Part shown: positions 1 to 9,800 of the stretch, in pieces
How the letters are laid out: each line of letters opens with the position of its first letter
How positions within the stretch are numbered: position 1 is the stretch's first letter
DNA from: a virus
Strand: one strand, 5' to 3'
Length of the DNA: 30,476 nt
IMG/VR virus record: IMGVR_UViG_3300045988_142700
Coordinates: 1 to 30,476 of that record
Translations under genes and position numbers: made by a program
The notes under the pieces: generated by a model
What the model was told of the DNA's origin: nothing
Databases searched by the model: none
Seen by the model: only the letters and a program-made list of their open reading frames with translations

Positions 1-86
1 ATATTAAAGTTGAGGTAACTAACACAGAGGACAATCCTGTAAACACAAAAGCGAAGCATCAGCCTGAGGTAGCTTATGAGCAGTGA
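1..86 (+). CDS. 3' end of the major capsid protein gene, continuing 29281..30476 across the circular junction
   Basis: Bases 1-55 equal 30422-30476. Carrying the 29281 frame across the junction gives ...DIKVEVTNTEDNPVNTKAKHQPEVAYEQ and a TGA at 84-86. The total is 1227 nt, or 408 aa. Confidence 0.8.
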   Translation, partial: IKVEVTNTEDNPVNTKAKHQPEVAYEQ

Positions 87-387
87 TATAAATGATGAAC
101 TGCTTGACGAAGTAAAGAATTTTCTTGACATAACATGGAATGATGAAGCCGGTGATAAAAAAATCGCCGGCTTTATCAGACGTGGAATGAAAAGAATTAA
201 TGAACTTTGTGGTAAGGAATTTGACTATTCGTCAGATGATGACGCAGAGGCGAAAGAACTTCTTTTAAACTATGTCATGTATGCAAGAAGCAATGCACTT
301 GATGAATTTTTTAAAAATTATAAGCCGGATATAATTTACTTGCAGACAAAGCAGGAGGCGTTAAGTTATGCACAAAAAAACAGCTAA
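76..387 (+). CDS. head-tail connector (gp6-like / DNA-packaging head-tail connector family)
   Basis: 103-aa ORF directly after the capsid gene. The N-terminus ELLDEVKNFLDITWNDE...IRRGMKRINELCG is typical of gp6-like connectors. The position fits an HK97-like module. Confidence 0.7.
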   Translation: MSSDINDELLDEVKNFLDITWNDEAGDKKIAGFIRRGMKRINELCGKEFDYSSDDDAEAKELLLNYVMYARSNALDEFFKNYKPDIIYLQTKQEALSYAQKNS

Positions 388-724
388 CAGAGAGCTTTTT
401 AACGACGGAATGTGTACAGTGTGTAAAACAGAAAAAAGAGCAATAACGGCTGATATATGCAGCTTTCGTTTTGGACTTAGAACAGTTGGCATTACAAGAT
501 TTTATCAGGCGAAGATTGCAGAAAGCAGTATAGACAGGCTTATAAGCGTTCCTTTTAACAGATTTATTAACGCAAAGTCGATTATCCTTATTAATGAAGT
601 TCAGTATGAAATCAGGCAAATTCAGGAAAAGTATGATACAGAACCGCCGTCCATGTATTTAACGTTGCAGAGGGCGATTCCGGTTTACGAAGACAGGAGA
701 AATAAAAGCAATGAAAGCAATTAA
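368..724 (+). CDS. head closure / head-tail adaptor protein
   Basis: 118 aa, overlaps the previous gene, with AGGAGG upstream. Size and position fit the head-closure (SPP1 gp16-like) slot. Confidence 0.6.
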   Translation: MHKKTANRELFNDGMCTVCKTEKRAITADICSFRFGLRTVGITRFYQAKIAESSIDRLISVPFNRFINAKSIILINEVQYEIRQIQEKYDTEPPSMYLTLQRAIPVYEDRRNKSNESN

Positions 725-881
725 ATCATTTATGTATAAAAAATATGGTGCAACTGCCGGTGATAATGTGACAATTGATGATAAGAGTGTCGTTGATGAG
801 CTCATAAAAAAAGAAATATTGTCAGTTGATGATGTTTCAGCAAAAAAAGGTGTGACAAATGTCAAAGCTGATAAAGCCTGA
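711..881 (+). CDS. small hypothetical protein (56 aa), absent from the supplied ORF track
   Basis: ATG at 711 preceded by CAGGAG. Translation is MKAIKSFMYKKYGATAGDNVTIDDKSVVDELIKKEILSVDDVSAKKGVTNVKADKA, with TGA at 879-881. It fills the gap between neighbouring genes. Confidence 0.4.
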   Translation: MKAIKSFMYKKYGATAGDNVTIDDKSVVDELIKKEILSVDDVSAKKGVTNVKADKA

Positions 882-1290
882 TGCACTTGCTGATGAAATA
901 GTGAGTCTTATGCAGCAATATGCTGATGAAGTAACGTCTGATTTAAAGAAAGATGTTGACAGCGTTGCAAGAGCTACTGTTATCAAGGTAAAAGAAAAGG
1001 CACCTGTAAAAAAGAGTGGTGCAGGCAGTAAATATGTGCATGGAAGTTATAAAAACAGCTGGACGAGCACGACTGAAAGCGAAAATTCTCACAGAAAAAA
1101 TCGTGTTGTTTATGCAAAAGGTCATCAGTATTCATTGACGCATTTGCTTGAAAACGGACATGAGCTTGTATTGCCGACAGGTAAAAAAGGAAGAAGAGTA
1201 GCACCAATAATTCATATTAAGCCAGCAGAGGAGTGGGCTGTTAATGAGCTTGAACAGCGTACATTAAAACGTATAAGGGAGAAAAGCTAA
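859..1290 (+). CDS. HK97 gp10-family tail/neck component
   Basis: 143 aa. The motifs SYKNSW...VVYAKGHQYSLTHLLENGHEL resemble the HK97 gp10-like family, and synteny agrees. Confidence 0.7.
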   Translation: MSKLIKPDALADEIVSLMQQYADEVTSDLKKDVDSVARATVIKVKEKAPVKKSGAGSKYVHGSYKNSWTSTTESENSHRKNRVVYAKGHQYSLTHLLENGHELVLPTGKKGRRVAPIIHIKPAEEWAVNELEQRTLKRIREKS

Positions 1291-1607
1291 TGTCATATGA
1301 AGAGGTTAAGCAGATGTTGTCTGAGACGGGAATACCATTCGCATATTGGTGTTTTGATGAGGAAGAGCCGCCGACAGCACCGTACATTATATTTTCAATG
1401 CCGGAAAGCGATAACATGGCAGCAGACGGCATGGTATATCACAAAGTTAATAAGCTTTATATAGAGCTTTATGTAAATGAAAAAAGTCCGCATGTTGAAG
1501 CAGCTCTTGAAGAGCTTCTTGATGCATACGGACTTTTTTATAATCGGCAGGAGTTTTATATAGAAAAAGAAAAGATGTTTGAAGAACTGTATTCTTTGGA
1601 GGTTTGA
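1290..1607 (+). CDS. tail terminator / tail completion protein (called by position)
   Basis: 105-aa acidic protein between the gp10-like gene and the major tail gene, joined by an ATGA-type overlap. Confidence 0.45.
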   Translation: MSYEEVKQMLSETGIPFAYWCFDEEEPPTAPYIIFSMPESDNMAADGMVYHKVNKLYIELYVNEKSPHVEAALEELLDAYGLFYNRQEFYIEKEKMFEELYSLEV

Positions 1608-1608
1608 A

Positions 1609-2181
1609 ATGAATAAGGAAAATAAAGTTAAATTTAATTTAAAAAATGTTCACTATGCAAAAATGAACATAGATGAAGCCGGGGCAATAACGTATGAAAC
1701 ACCTGTTCCGATTCCGGGAAGCGTTGAGCTCTCACTTGATGCAAAGGGAGATACAACGGAATTTTATGCGGACGGCATGGTTTACTACACCGCTACGGCA
1801 AATAATGGGTATGAGGGAGATTTGGAGGTTGCTCTTGTTCCGCTGTCTTTTGAGAAAGACATCCTTCAAAACGAACTTGATAAAAACAATGTTTCTGTTG
1901 AAAACAGCAATACGGAGTCGGCAGAATTTGCATTGCTTTTTGAATTTGATGGTGACATTAAAGCTGTACGCCATGTGCTTTACAGAGTGAAAGCAACACG
2001 TCCTTCTGTAGCATCAAAAACAAATGAGGATAAAAAGGAAGTGCAGACAGAAAAGCTGTCAATAAAGGCGTCTCCACTTCCTAATGGAAATGTGAAGACT
2101 AAAACGACGGCAACGACAACAGATGAAGCATACAATAAGTGGTATGAATCTGTTTATATTCCGGTAAAAGGCGAGGCGTAA
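1609..2181 (+). CDS. major tail protein (phi13-like family)
   Basis: ATG at 1609 after GGAGG. MNKENKVKFNLKNVHYAKM...PIPGSVELSLDAKGDTTEFYADG...LYRVKATRPS is typical of Gram-positive siphovirus major tail proteins. Confidence 0.8.
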   Translation: MNKENKVKFNLKNVHYAKMNIDEAGAITYETPVPIPGSVELSLDAKGDTTEFYADGMVYYTATANNGYEGDLEVALVPLSFEKDILQNELDKNNVSVENSNTESAEFALLFEFDGDIKAVRHVLYRVKATRPSVASKTNEDKKEVQTEKLSIKASPLPNGNVKTKTTATTTDEAYNKWYESVYIPVKGEA

Positions 2182-2183
2182 AG

Positions 2184-2558
2184 ATGATAGTAAAAGAAAT
2201 TGAAATTGATTCAAAAAAAGTGAAGTTCAGAGCATCTGCGACAGTGCCGCGACTTTATCGCCGCTTTTTTGGCCGTGATATATTCAAAGATATGCAAAGT
2301 CTGTCTAAAAAGGCTGATGAAGCAGAAAAAAACGGAAAACAGTTTGAAATTGATGATTTGGAAATGTTTGAAAATGTTGCATTTGTTATGGCAAAACATG
2401 CGGATCCATCACAGCCAGACAATCCTGACGACTGGCTTGAACAGTTTGATACGTTCTCTATTTATCAGGTACTGCCTCAGATTCTTGAACTGTGGAGGCT
2501 TGATAATGCGACTACTGTTGAAAGTAAAAAAAAATTCATGCAACTTGCAGGGAAATGA
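2184..2558 (+). CDS. tail assembly chaperone (G-like, zero-frame product)
   Basis: 124-aa acidic protein between the major tail and tape measure genes. It ends just after an A9 slippery run. Confidence 0.8.
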   Translation: MIVKEIEIDSKKVKFRASATVPRLYRRFFGRDIFKDMQSLSKKADEAEKNGKQFEIDDLEMFENVAFVMAKHADPSQPDNPDDWLEQFDTFSIYQVLPQILELWRLDNATTVESKKKFMQLAGK

Positions 2559-2719
2559 CAACGCCGCTTTTCATGTATCGTTGCCTTCAGATTGGGCTGT
2601 CTATAACTGATTGCGACTGCGTTACAATCGGCCTTGTCAATGATATGTATGCTGAAAAACTAAATGATGACTATGACTGGCCGCTTCTGGCAAGTCAGGA
2701 AGATTTTGACCGCTTCTGA
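2184..2719 (+). CDS. tail assembly chaperone G-T fusion made by a -1 programmed frameshift
   Basis: The -1 frame is closed by TAA at 2525-2527 and open from 2528. It encodes IHATCREMTTPLFMYRCLQIGLSITDCDCVTIGLVNDMYAEKLNDDYDWPLLASQEDFDRF, a typical T-part ending, with TGA at 2717-2719. Confidence 0.75.
2526..2534 (+). promoter_or_regulatory. slippery A9 run (A AAA AAA) for the -1 frameshift
   Basis: The zero frame reads AGT AAA AAA AAA TTC. A -1 slip resumes at ATT (2534) in the open T frame. Confidence 0.7.
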
Positions 2720-2756
2720 TGTTAAATCAGGGGCGGTTTTTTGTGGGAGGTGATTC

Positions 2757-5342
2757 ATAAGGGCAAAAAGCAGAATAGCGGGTATCACAATCGAAATCGG
2801 TGGTGATACAACAAAACTGCAAAGTGCATTAAAGGGAACAAATAATGCCATAAAAATAACACAGGACGAGCTTAAAGATGTTAATAAACTTTTAAAGCTT
2901 GACCCAACGAATACCGAGCTTTTAAGACAAAAACAGACTCTTCTAAAAAATGCAATAAGCGAGACATCACAAAAACTGACTACATTGCGGCAGGCGGAAA
3001 AACAGGCGGCATCACAGGTTGGCGAGAATGGAAAAGTAAGCCAGGAACAATACAGAGGTTTATGTCGTGAGATTGAATCAACGGAGCAGGAGTTAAAGAA
3101 ACTCACAAGTGAGGCAATGACAGCTAATGCTACGTTGCTTAAAGTTTCAGATGTTTTCGGAACAATAGGAGATAAGTCGTCTCAAATCGGCAGAAGCATG
3201 TCAAAGGCAACAATTGCAATTGGAGGGCTTGGAACAGCTGCAGTGAAAACCACATCTGATTATGAAAGTGCAATGAGCAATGTGGCAGCAATATCCGGTG
3301 CGACAGGTGATGATTTAGAAACACTTAAATCAAAAGCCAGGGAAATGGGAGCACAGACGAAATATTCAGCGACGGAAGCAGGTGAAGCCATGTCGTATAT
3401 GGCTATGGCGGGCTGGAAAACTGCGGATATGGTTGACGGAATTAGCGGAATCATGAACCTTGCGGCAGCTTCCGGAGAAGACCTTGCAACGACGTCTGAC
3501 ATAGTTACGGACGCTTTAACAGCGTTTGGTTTGACAGCTGATGATTCGGCACATTTTGCGGATGTGCTGGCGGCAGCATCTTCAAACGCAAACACAAATG
3601 TTTCAATGATGGGTGAGACGTTTAAATATGCCGCACCAATTGCGGGAGCGTTAGGATTTTCGGTTGAAGATACCGCACAGGCTATCGGATTAATGGCAAA
3701 CAGTGGAATAAAAGCATCACAAGCTGGAACGGCTCTTCGTAAAATCATGACTTCACTTACTGATGAGATAGTTATAAACAGTGAAGCTATAGGAGACGTA
3801 AATGTTGAAACTGTAAATGCAGACGGCTCAATGCGAAGTCTGTCTGGTATATTGTCTGATTGCAGGAATGTGTTTAGCCAGCTGTCGGAATCTGAACAGG
3901 CAACAGCAGCATCTTCGCTTGTAGGAACAGAAGCCATGTCAGGATTCCTTGCATTAATGAATGCGGCTCCGTCTGATATTGAAAAGCTGTCTGGTGCAAT
4001 TCAAAACTGTGATGGAACAGCTGAAAGCATGGCTAGTACAATGCAGGACAATTTAAACGGCGAAATTACAATGCTTAAAAGTGCAACGCAGGAACTTGCT
4101 ATCAGTTTCGGAGAGCTGCTGATGCCTAAAATCAGGGATATTGTAGCAGGAGTACAGAGTGTTGTTAATAAGTTTAATTCTATGTCTGAAAGAAGTAAAA
4201 AGCTGATTGTTGACATAGCGTTGATTGTTGCGGCGATAGGACCGGCACTGATAACTTTCGGAAAGATTTCAACCGGAATATCTTCCGTGATGAAAATTGG
4301 AGCAAAAATCATACCAGTCATATCAACATTAACCTCAACGATAGGTGCAACGTCGGGAGCTGTTGGCGGTTTATCCGGTGCATTGGCTATACTTACCGGA
4401 CCGGTTGGCTTGATAGTGGCAGCTGTGGCGGCTGTGATTGCAGTAATAACAGCATTATATTTTAACTGTGAAGATTTCAGAAATTTTATAAATACAACTT
4501 TTTCGGAACTTGCAGAGTTTATCAAGAATTTCTTTTCTGAAATGCTCAATACAATTAAGGCGTTCTGGGAGTTTATACAGCCGTATGTGAGCACGTATTT
4601 AGAGTATATAAAAGGCATAATATCTGTTTGGATTGAATGGCTGAAAATGATAATAGGATTTATCATAGACAGCATTGTTGCAACGATAAAAGCCGGACTT
4701 GCAATTATAAAAAATGCTGTAAGTGCTGTACTTGGTGCAATTCAGTCTATAATTCAAGGTGTAATGAATGTTATACAGGGAGTTATTGATGTTGTTCTTG
4801 GAATTATAACTGGAGACTGGGACAGGGCATGGAACGGAATTCTTGAGATAATAGGCGGCATTGTCGGAGCAATAGGTGGTGTAATAGGAAATCTAGTTTC
4901 TTTCCTCGAAAATACATTCAGTGATTTGATTGATATTGCGTTTTCATGGGGAAAAGACTTCGTAGAAGGACTTGTAAGCGGAATCAGGTCAATGATTGGA
5001 AGAGTTGCAGATGCGGCAGGAGCAGTTGCTGAAAAGATTAAAAACATTCTGCATTTTTCGCGTCCGGACGAGGGTCCTTTGCGAGACTATGAACAATGGA
5101 TGCCAGATTTCGTCGGAAGAATGGCACAGCAGATTCATCAGCAGAAAGGACTTATTGCAGATGCGGCCAAAGATTTAGCGGCAAATCTTAATATTAATAA
5201 TATGATTGGAACAGGAGAGGCTTCATCTACAACGTCGAATAACACACAGATTAATTTTAATGGTAACTATAACTTTAAGGATAAATCTGATGTTGACTAT
5301 TTTATGGACGAAGCTGCACAAAGGCTGGTGACAGACAGATGA
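2757..5342 (+). CDS. tail tape measure protein (TP901-type core, central TM helices)
   Basis: The frame opens at 2754 after TGA. Codons 2757-2984 encode IRAKSRIAGITIEIGGDTTKLQSALKGTNNAIKITQDELKDVNKLLKLDPTNTELLRQKQTLL, a highly typical tape measure N-terminus. No ATG, GTG or TTG occurs in frame before the TTG at 2985. ATA at 2757 lies 6 nt after GGGAGGTGA. The core contains AMSNVAAISGATGDDL...YSATEAGEAMSYMAMAGW. Confidence 0.85.
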   Translation: MRAKSRIAGITIEIGGDTTKLQSALKGTNNAIKITQDELKDVNKLLKLDPTNTELLRQKQTLLKNAISETSQKLTTLRQAEKQAASQVGENGKVSQEQYRGLCREIESTEQELKKLTSEAMTANATLLKVSDVFGTIGDKSSQIGRSMSKATIAIGGLGTAAVKTTSDYESAMSNVAAISGATGDDLETLKSKAREMGAQTKYSATEAGEAMSYMAMAGWKTADMVDGISGIMNLAAASGEDLATTSDIVTDALTAFGLTADDSAHFADVLAAASSNANTNVSMMGETFKYAAPIAGALGFSVEDTAQAIGLMANSGIKASQAGTALRKIMTSLTDEIVINSEAIGDVNVETVNADGSMRSLSGILSDCRNVFSQLSESEQATAASSLVGTEAMSGFLALMNAAPSDIEKLSGAIQNCDGTAESMASTMQDNLNGEITMLKSATQELAISFGELLMPKIRDIVAGVQSVVNKFNSMSERSKKLIVDIALIVAAIGPALITFGKISTGISSVMKIGAKIIPVISTLTSTIGATSGAVGGLSGALAILTGPVGLIVAAVAAVIAVITALYFNCEDFRNFINTTFSELAEFIKNFFSEMLNTIKAFWEFIQPYVSTYLEYIKGIISVWIEWLKMIIGFIIDSIVATIKAGLAIIKNAVSAVLGAIQSIIQGVMNVIQGVIDVVLGIITGDWDRAWNGILEIIGGIVGAIGGVIGNLVSFLENTFSDLIDIAFSWGKDFVEGLVSGIRSMIGRVADAAGAVAEKIKNILHFSRPDEGPLRDYEQWMPDFVGRMAQQIHQQKGLIADAAKDLAANLNINNMIGTGEASSTTSNNTQINFNGNYNFKDKSDVDYFMDEAAQRLVTDR

Positions 5343-6037
5343 TAGTAAATGATGTTGATTTAAGGGAAAAATATAAAAATGTTACGTGGCTTAGTCAGAC
5401 GATTAAGCCGCGTAATGTAACAACATACACGAACTGGCTTGATGCAGGACATGTTCCTGTTAAATTAAAGCCTAATCGTTATACAGATTTTGAAATCTGT
5501 ATAGAAATGCTTATAAAAGCAGATACAAAAGAGCAATGTGAGCTTATGATGAGTTCGATTCTTGCAGATTTCGATTCTGGCCAGATTGAGCTTGATGATA
5601 TGCAATTTACGTATGATTTTGATTTTAGCAGTGAAGAAAAAGAGCTTGTTAAACGCTGGCTTTACAGTTATAAGATACATCTGACTGCATACAGTAAAAA
5701 AGGTAGTGAAAAGAATATAATTTTTTCCGGCACGGAAAAAACATTTGATTCAGAAAGCACAGCACAATCTCCGGCTGTGCTTTCATTGTCGTCTGACATA
5801 GCCTTGAATGAGCTTAAAATAGAGGGGCTTACAGATGATGCAATAACGATAAAGGATATAGCAAGAAATGCAGAGATTTTAATAGACGGCGAAAATTTTA
5901 CAATAACCGAAAATGGCACAAATATATTAAGTAAAACTGATTTGTGGGAATTTCCGAAAATTAAGCCAGGACTGAATTCTATAAAATTGAGCAGCTCTTG
6001 TACTGTTACGATTAAATATAGACCATATTATAGATGA
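5339..6037 (+). CDS. distal tail protein (Dit, siphovirus tail family)
   Basis: 232 aa directly after the tape measure gene with an ATGA overlap. Position and size are typical of Dit. Confidence 0.7.
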   Translation: MIVNDVDLREKYKNVTWLSQTIKPRNVTTYTNWLDAGHVPVKLKPNRYTDFEICIEMLIKADTKEQCELMMSSILADFDSGQIELDDMQFTYDFDFSSEEKELVKRWLYSYKIHLTAYSKKGSEKNIIFSGTEKTFDSESTAQSPAVLSLSSDIALNELKIEGLTDDAITIKDIARNAEILIDGENFTITENGTNILSKTDLWEFPKIKPGLNSIKLSSSCTVTIKYRPYYR

Positions 6038-6053
6038 TCAGGAGGAATATATA

Positions 6054-6344
6054 ATGTTAAACAAAGAAACGACAGTCACAGAGAAGAAAACAATAACAAT
6101 TAATGCTACAAGTACAATAACAGATGCAGAATCAGGTGTAAGTACACAGATTTGCACAATGTCAACACAATTTGATAAGGTTAATGGTAAATTGGTTGAC
6201 TATGGAATGGTAAGTATTACGAAAATTATAACAAATAATGAGGCGTACAGAAAAAATAAGGAACAGTATGAGAAAGATTGTGCTGAATTTGAAGAATATG
6301 TTAATTCAATGCTTGCTGATGAGGAGGTAGCAAATGAAGATTAA
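6054..6344 (+). CDS. hypothetical protein (96 aa)
   Basis: Strong RBS (CAGGAGG). T/S-rich N-terminal half and acidic C-terminus. No family recognised. Confidence 0.5.
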   Translation: MLNKETTVTEKKTITINATSTITDAESGVSTQICTMSTQFDKVNGKLVDYGMVSITKIITNNEAYRKNKEQYEKDCAEFEEYVNSMLADEEVANED

Positions 6345-6789
6345 GTTATTTGAAGTTGATAAATATGCAGAGTGTTTAAAAGTTTTATCTTACAAAAAAC
6401 TGCCTGTAAAAGTTGGTTATGCGATTGCTGTAAATTTAAGAACATTAGAAGAAAAAAGCAAGCTTATCCTTGAACAGAGGACAAAGATACTTCAGGAAAA
6501 CTGTGAAAAAAATGAAGACGGGACACCAGCACTTGAAGAAATAATCGAAAAGACAGAAGACGGTGAGGTTATCGAAAAGGCTGAAAAAGATAAGAAATAT
6601 AAGTACAAATATAAAACGGAATCAGATGAGATTGCGGCATTAAAAAAGTATAAAGAGCTTCTTAATCTTGAAGAGGATATTAATGTAAAAACTATAAAAT
6701 ATGAAGATATTGAGCAGTGTGATTCTGAAAAATACGATAATCTTAACGGAAAAGAGATTGAATGTATGCTTTTCATGATTGAAGAGTAA
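6334..6789 (+). CDS. hypothetical acidic/lysine-rich helical protein (151 aa), possibly DUF1617-like
   Basis: RBS is GAGGAGG. Charged, predicted helical, with a KKYKYKYK stretch. It sits between Dit and Tal, as some small Firmicutes phage tail-module proteins do. Confidence 0.5.
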   Translation: MKIKLFEVDKYAECLKVLSYKKLPVKVGYAIAVNLRTLEEKSKLILEQRTKILQENCEKNEDGTPALEEIIEKTEDGEVIEKAEKDKKYKYKYKTESDEIAALKKYKELLNLEEDINVKTIKYEDIEQCDSEKYDNLNGKEIECMLFMIEE

Positions 6790-6807
6790 AAGTAAAAGGA
6801 GCGGCGT

Positions 6808-9800
6808 ATGCTAAGATATAAAGATAAAAACGGCGTTGAATCGCCGCTTGTAAAATATGAAAATCTGTATGTTGAAGAGGTGCTTGATTATGGTGACAAA
6901 ACATTAGGCTTTTCAATTCCGAAAAATTTAGCTGGTAAAATCGAACTTGAGAATTTCATCAAAACTAAGACAGATGAGTTTGTAATTAAACAAATGAATA
7001 CAAATGATAACGGAGCGTATGATATTGTTGCAAAAATAAACATTGATGAGCTTGAGGGTGCGTCTTTTCAGAGCTTTGAAACTGTCGAACAGACAGCACT
7101 TGATGCGGCTAATCTTGCACTTGCTGGAACATGCTGGACATGTGAGTGTACTGTAAAAAAGAAGCGTACAGTACGAATGACAAATAGTTCAGCGTGGGAT
7201 ATTTTAAAGAAAATTGCAGACACATTCATTCTTGAAATGGTGATTGATTCATTGAATAAGAAGATTATTTTTAAGGAAAAAATCGGCGAAGATAAAGGAG
7301 TTTACTTTACTGATGAATTGAATCTTGTGTCACTTACCATACAGTCGAATTCTTCTGATTTTTACACGAGAATACTACCACTAGGTAAAAATGGACTTAC
7401 TATAGAGTCTGTAAACGGCGGCAGTAAACTGCTTGAAAATCATACATACAGTCAAAAAAATAAAACATTTATATGGAAAGATGAACGCTATACAGTTCCA
7501 AAATCTTTAAAAGAGGATGCAATAGCAAAACTCGAAGAATTAGCAACACCATATACATCATATAGCTGCAAGATTGTTGACTTAGCCAATGCAAAAAAGA
7601 TAAAAGCATACGAATATAAAATCGGTGATGTAATTACGATCATAAACAAAGAAACACATATACGGATTAAACAGCGTATTGTTAAGTTGAAAAGTTATCC
7701 TGAAAATCCGGGCGAAAACACCTGTGAGATTTCAAATTTGAAGCTTACTTTTTCGGCGTATATTCAGAAATACAACAGCACATGTGACACTGTTGATAAT
7801 ATAACAAATGATAACGGAACAGTTGATGGCGACGCTATTGACAATATAGATGCTTCAAAGGTGCTTAACCTTGATGAGATTATATCAAAAAGTGGCAGAT
7901 TTGAAGCATTAACAACCCAGATTGCTAATGTTACAGGACAATTAAATGCCAACACGGCCAAAATCGGCACGCTTGAAAACACAAAGCTTTCTTCGGCTGA
8001 AGCTGATATAAAATACGCAACAATCGAGAAGCTCGACGGTGTAGAAGGAAAATTTGAAGATTTTTATGCAAAAGACTTTGAATCAGTCGTATCGAGAATT
8101 GAAGACTTAACTGTTGGAGTTGAAAAGGTAAATACAATAATGTTCGGTTCTGCATCAGGTGGAAGCCTTACAACGGAGTTTAGCAACAGCATCGTTGCAA
8201 ATATCGGTGATGCACAGATAAAATCTGCAATGATAGAAAGCATAGCCGCAGATAAGATTACAAGCGGAAAAATTTATACAAACCTTGTTGAAATTCTAAG
8301 CGAAAGCGGAAATCTTGATATAACTGACAATACGATACAAATAAAAGATGATAACAAAGTTACAAGGGTTCAAATAGGTAAAGACGCCAATTCTGACTAT
8401 AACATGTATGTCTGGGATAAATCCGGCAATCTAATGTTTGATGCTTTGGGTTTAACTGAAAGCGGCGTAAAACGTGAGATAATCCGTAACGACATGATAA
8501 AAGAAAATGCAAATATCGCGGCAAGTAAGCTGGATATAGAGAGCCTTTTTAATGTCATTAATGAAGACGGAAGCCATACGTTGAAAAGCAGTAAAATTTA
8601 TGTGGATGCGAACGAACAGACGCTTGATGTTGCTTTTAAGAATATGACTACGAATGTTACGAATTTGCAGAATGCAGTGACAACGCAGGGAACACAGCTC
8701 ACTGCTGTGCAAGGACAGATTTCAAGCAAGGTTTGGCAGCAGGACATAAATACAACTGTGAATAATCTCCAAATCGGCGGAAGGAATCTTTTCCAAAATA
8801 CAGGTTATACAAGAGGAAATTTGTATTTAGGATGGTATCAGAGCACAACGACAGCTCATAAAGATGAAATTGTTGCTGATAATGCCACACTTTCCGGAAA
8901 AGCTCGAAAGATAACATATATAGAAGTTGGTTCACAGGGAGCATACATAGATATTCCCGCAAGTTTAAAAAGCAAAAAGAATTTACAAAAAAAGATATAT
9001 ACACAATCTTGTTTGTTAAAGGCAAATAAAGCAATATCTGTGACCTGGGGAAACAGCAGTCCCGGTTTTAATAAAAGCACTGTAAATGTTTCCACAGAAT
9101 GGCAGAAATTTGAGATAAAAACTACAGTTGTTGTAAATTATGTGTTTAGTAAAATAACAGAATTTTTTGTATCAAACGCGGCGGCAGGAACGGAGTTATA
9201 TATCGCGGACTACAAATTTGAAGAAGGAGAATTTGCAACTCCTTGGACACCAGCACCCGAAGATACAGACAGTGCTATAACAACTGTAAGCAATCAGTAC
9301 ACGACTTTAAATCAGTCACTTACAAGCCTTACTGCAACAGTAAACAGCAATACAACGGCAATAAGCAAAAAAGCAGACGGAAGTACAGTTACAGCTTTAC
9401 AGGCGAATGTTACAGCTTTGACAGCAGATTTGAGCGGCTTTAAAACAAGCGTGAGTGAAACGTACACAAGCAAAAAAGAATTCAGTGATTTGCAAATTGG
9501 CGGAAGAAATCTTTTGTTAAATACGGCAGATTTAACGAAGTGGACATGTGAAGATAAAACAACTGTTGCTAAAGATGTAGACGGATTTTTTAAAATATTG
9601 ACTACGCAAAAGACAAGCTGGTTTAGCATATATCAGACGGTCACAGCAGTATCAGCAGGTCAGACATATATGTTATCGGGTTATAACAAAAAAGGAACTA
9701 AGGCAGGCTATGTTGTTATAAGGTATTACAAAAGTGGAACAGCAAATATTCTCTTACAACAAAATGTTTCGGCTGGGCGTTTTACAATTAAATTTACAGT

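Noticed and set aside
2269-2610. 113-aa ORF in the +1 frame overlapping the tail chaperone
   Set aside because: The sequence is low-complexity and not protein-like. The biologically consistent partner is the -1 frame (2528..2719), which encodes the conserved T part.
2660-4675. Long minus-strand ORFs (2660..3106, 3260..3937, 4001..4675) antisense to the tape measure gene
   Set aside because: They lie entirely inside a well-supported + strand gene with recognisable tape measure motifs. They have no RBS and an A/S/I-rich shadow-frame composition.
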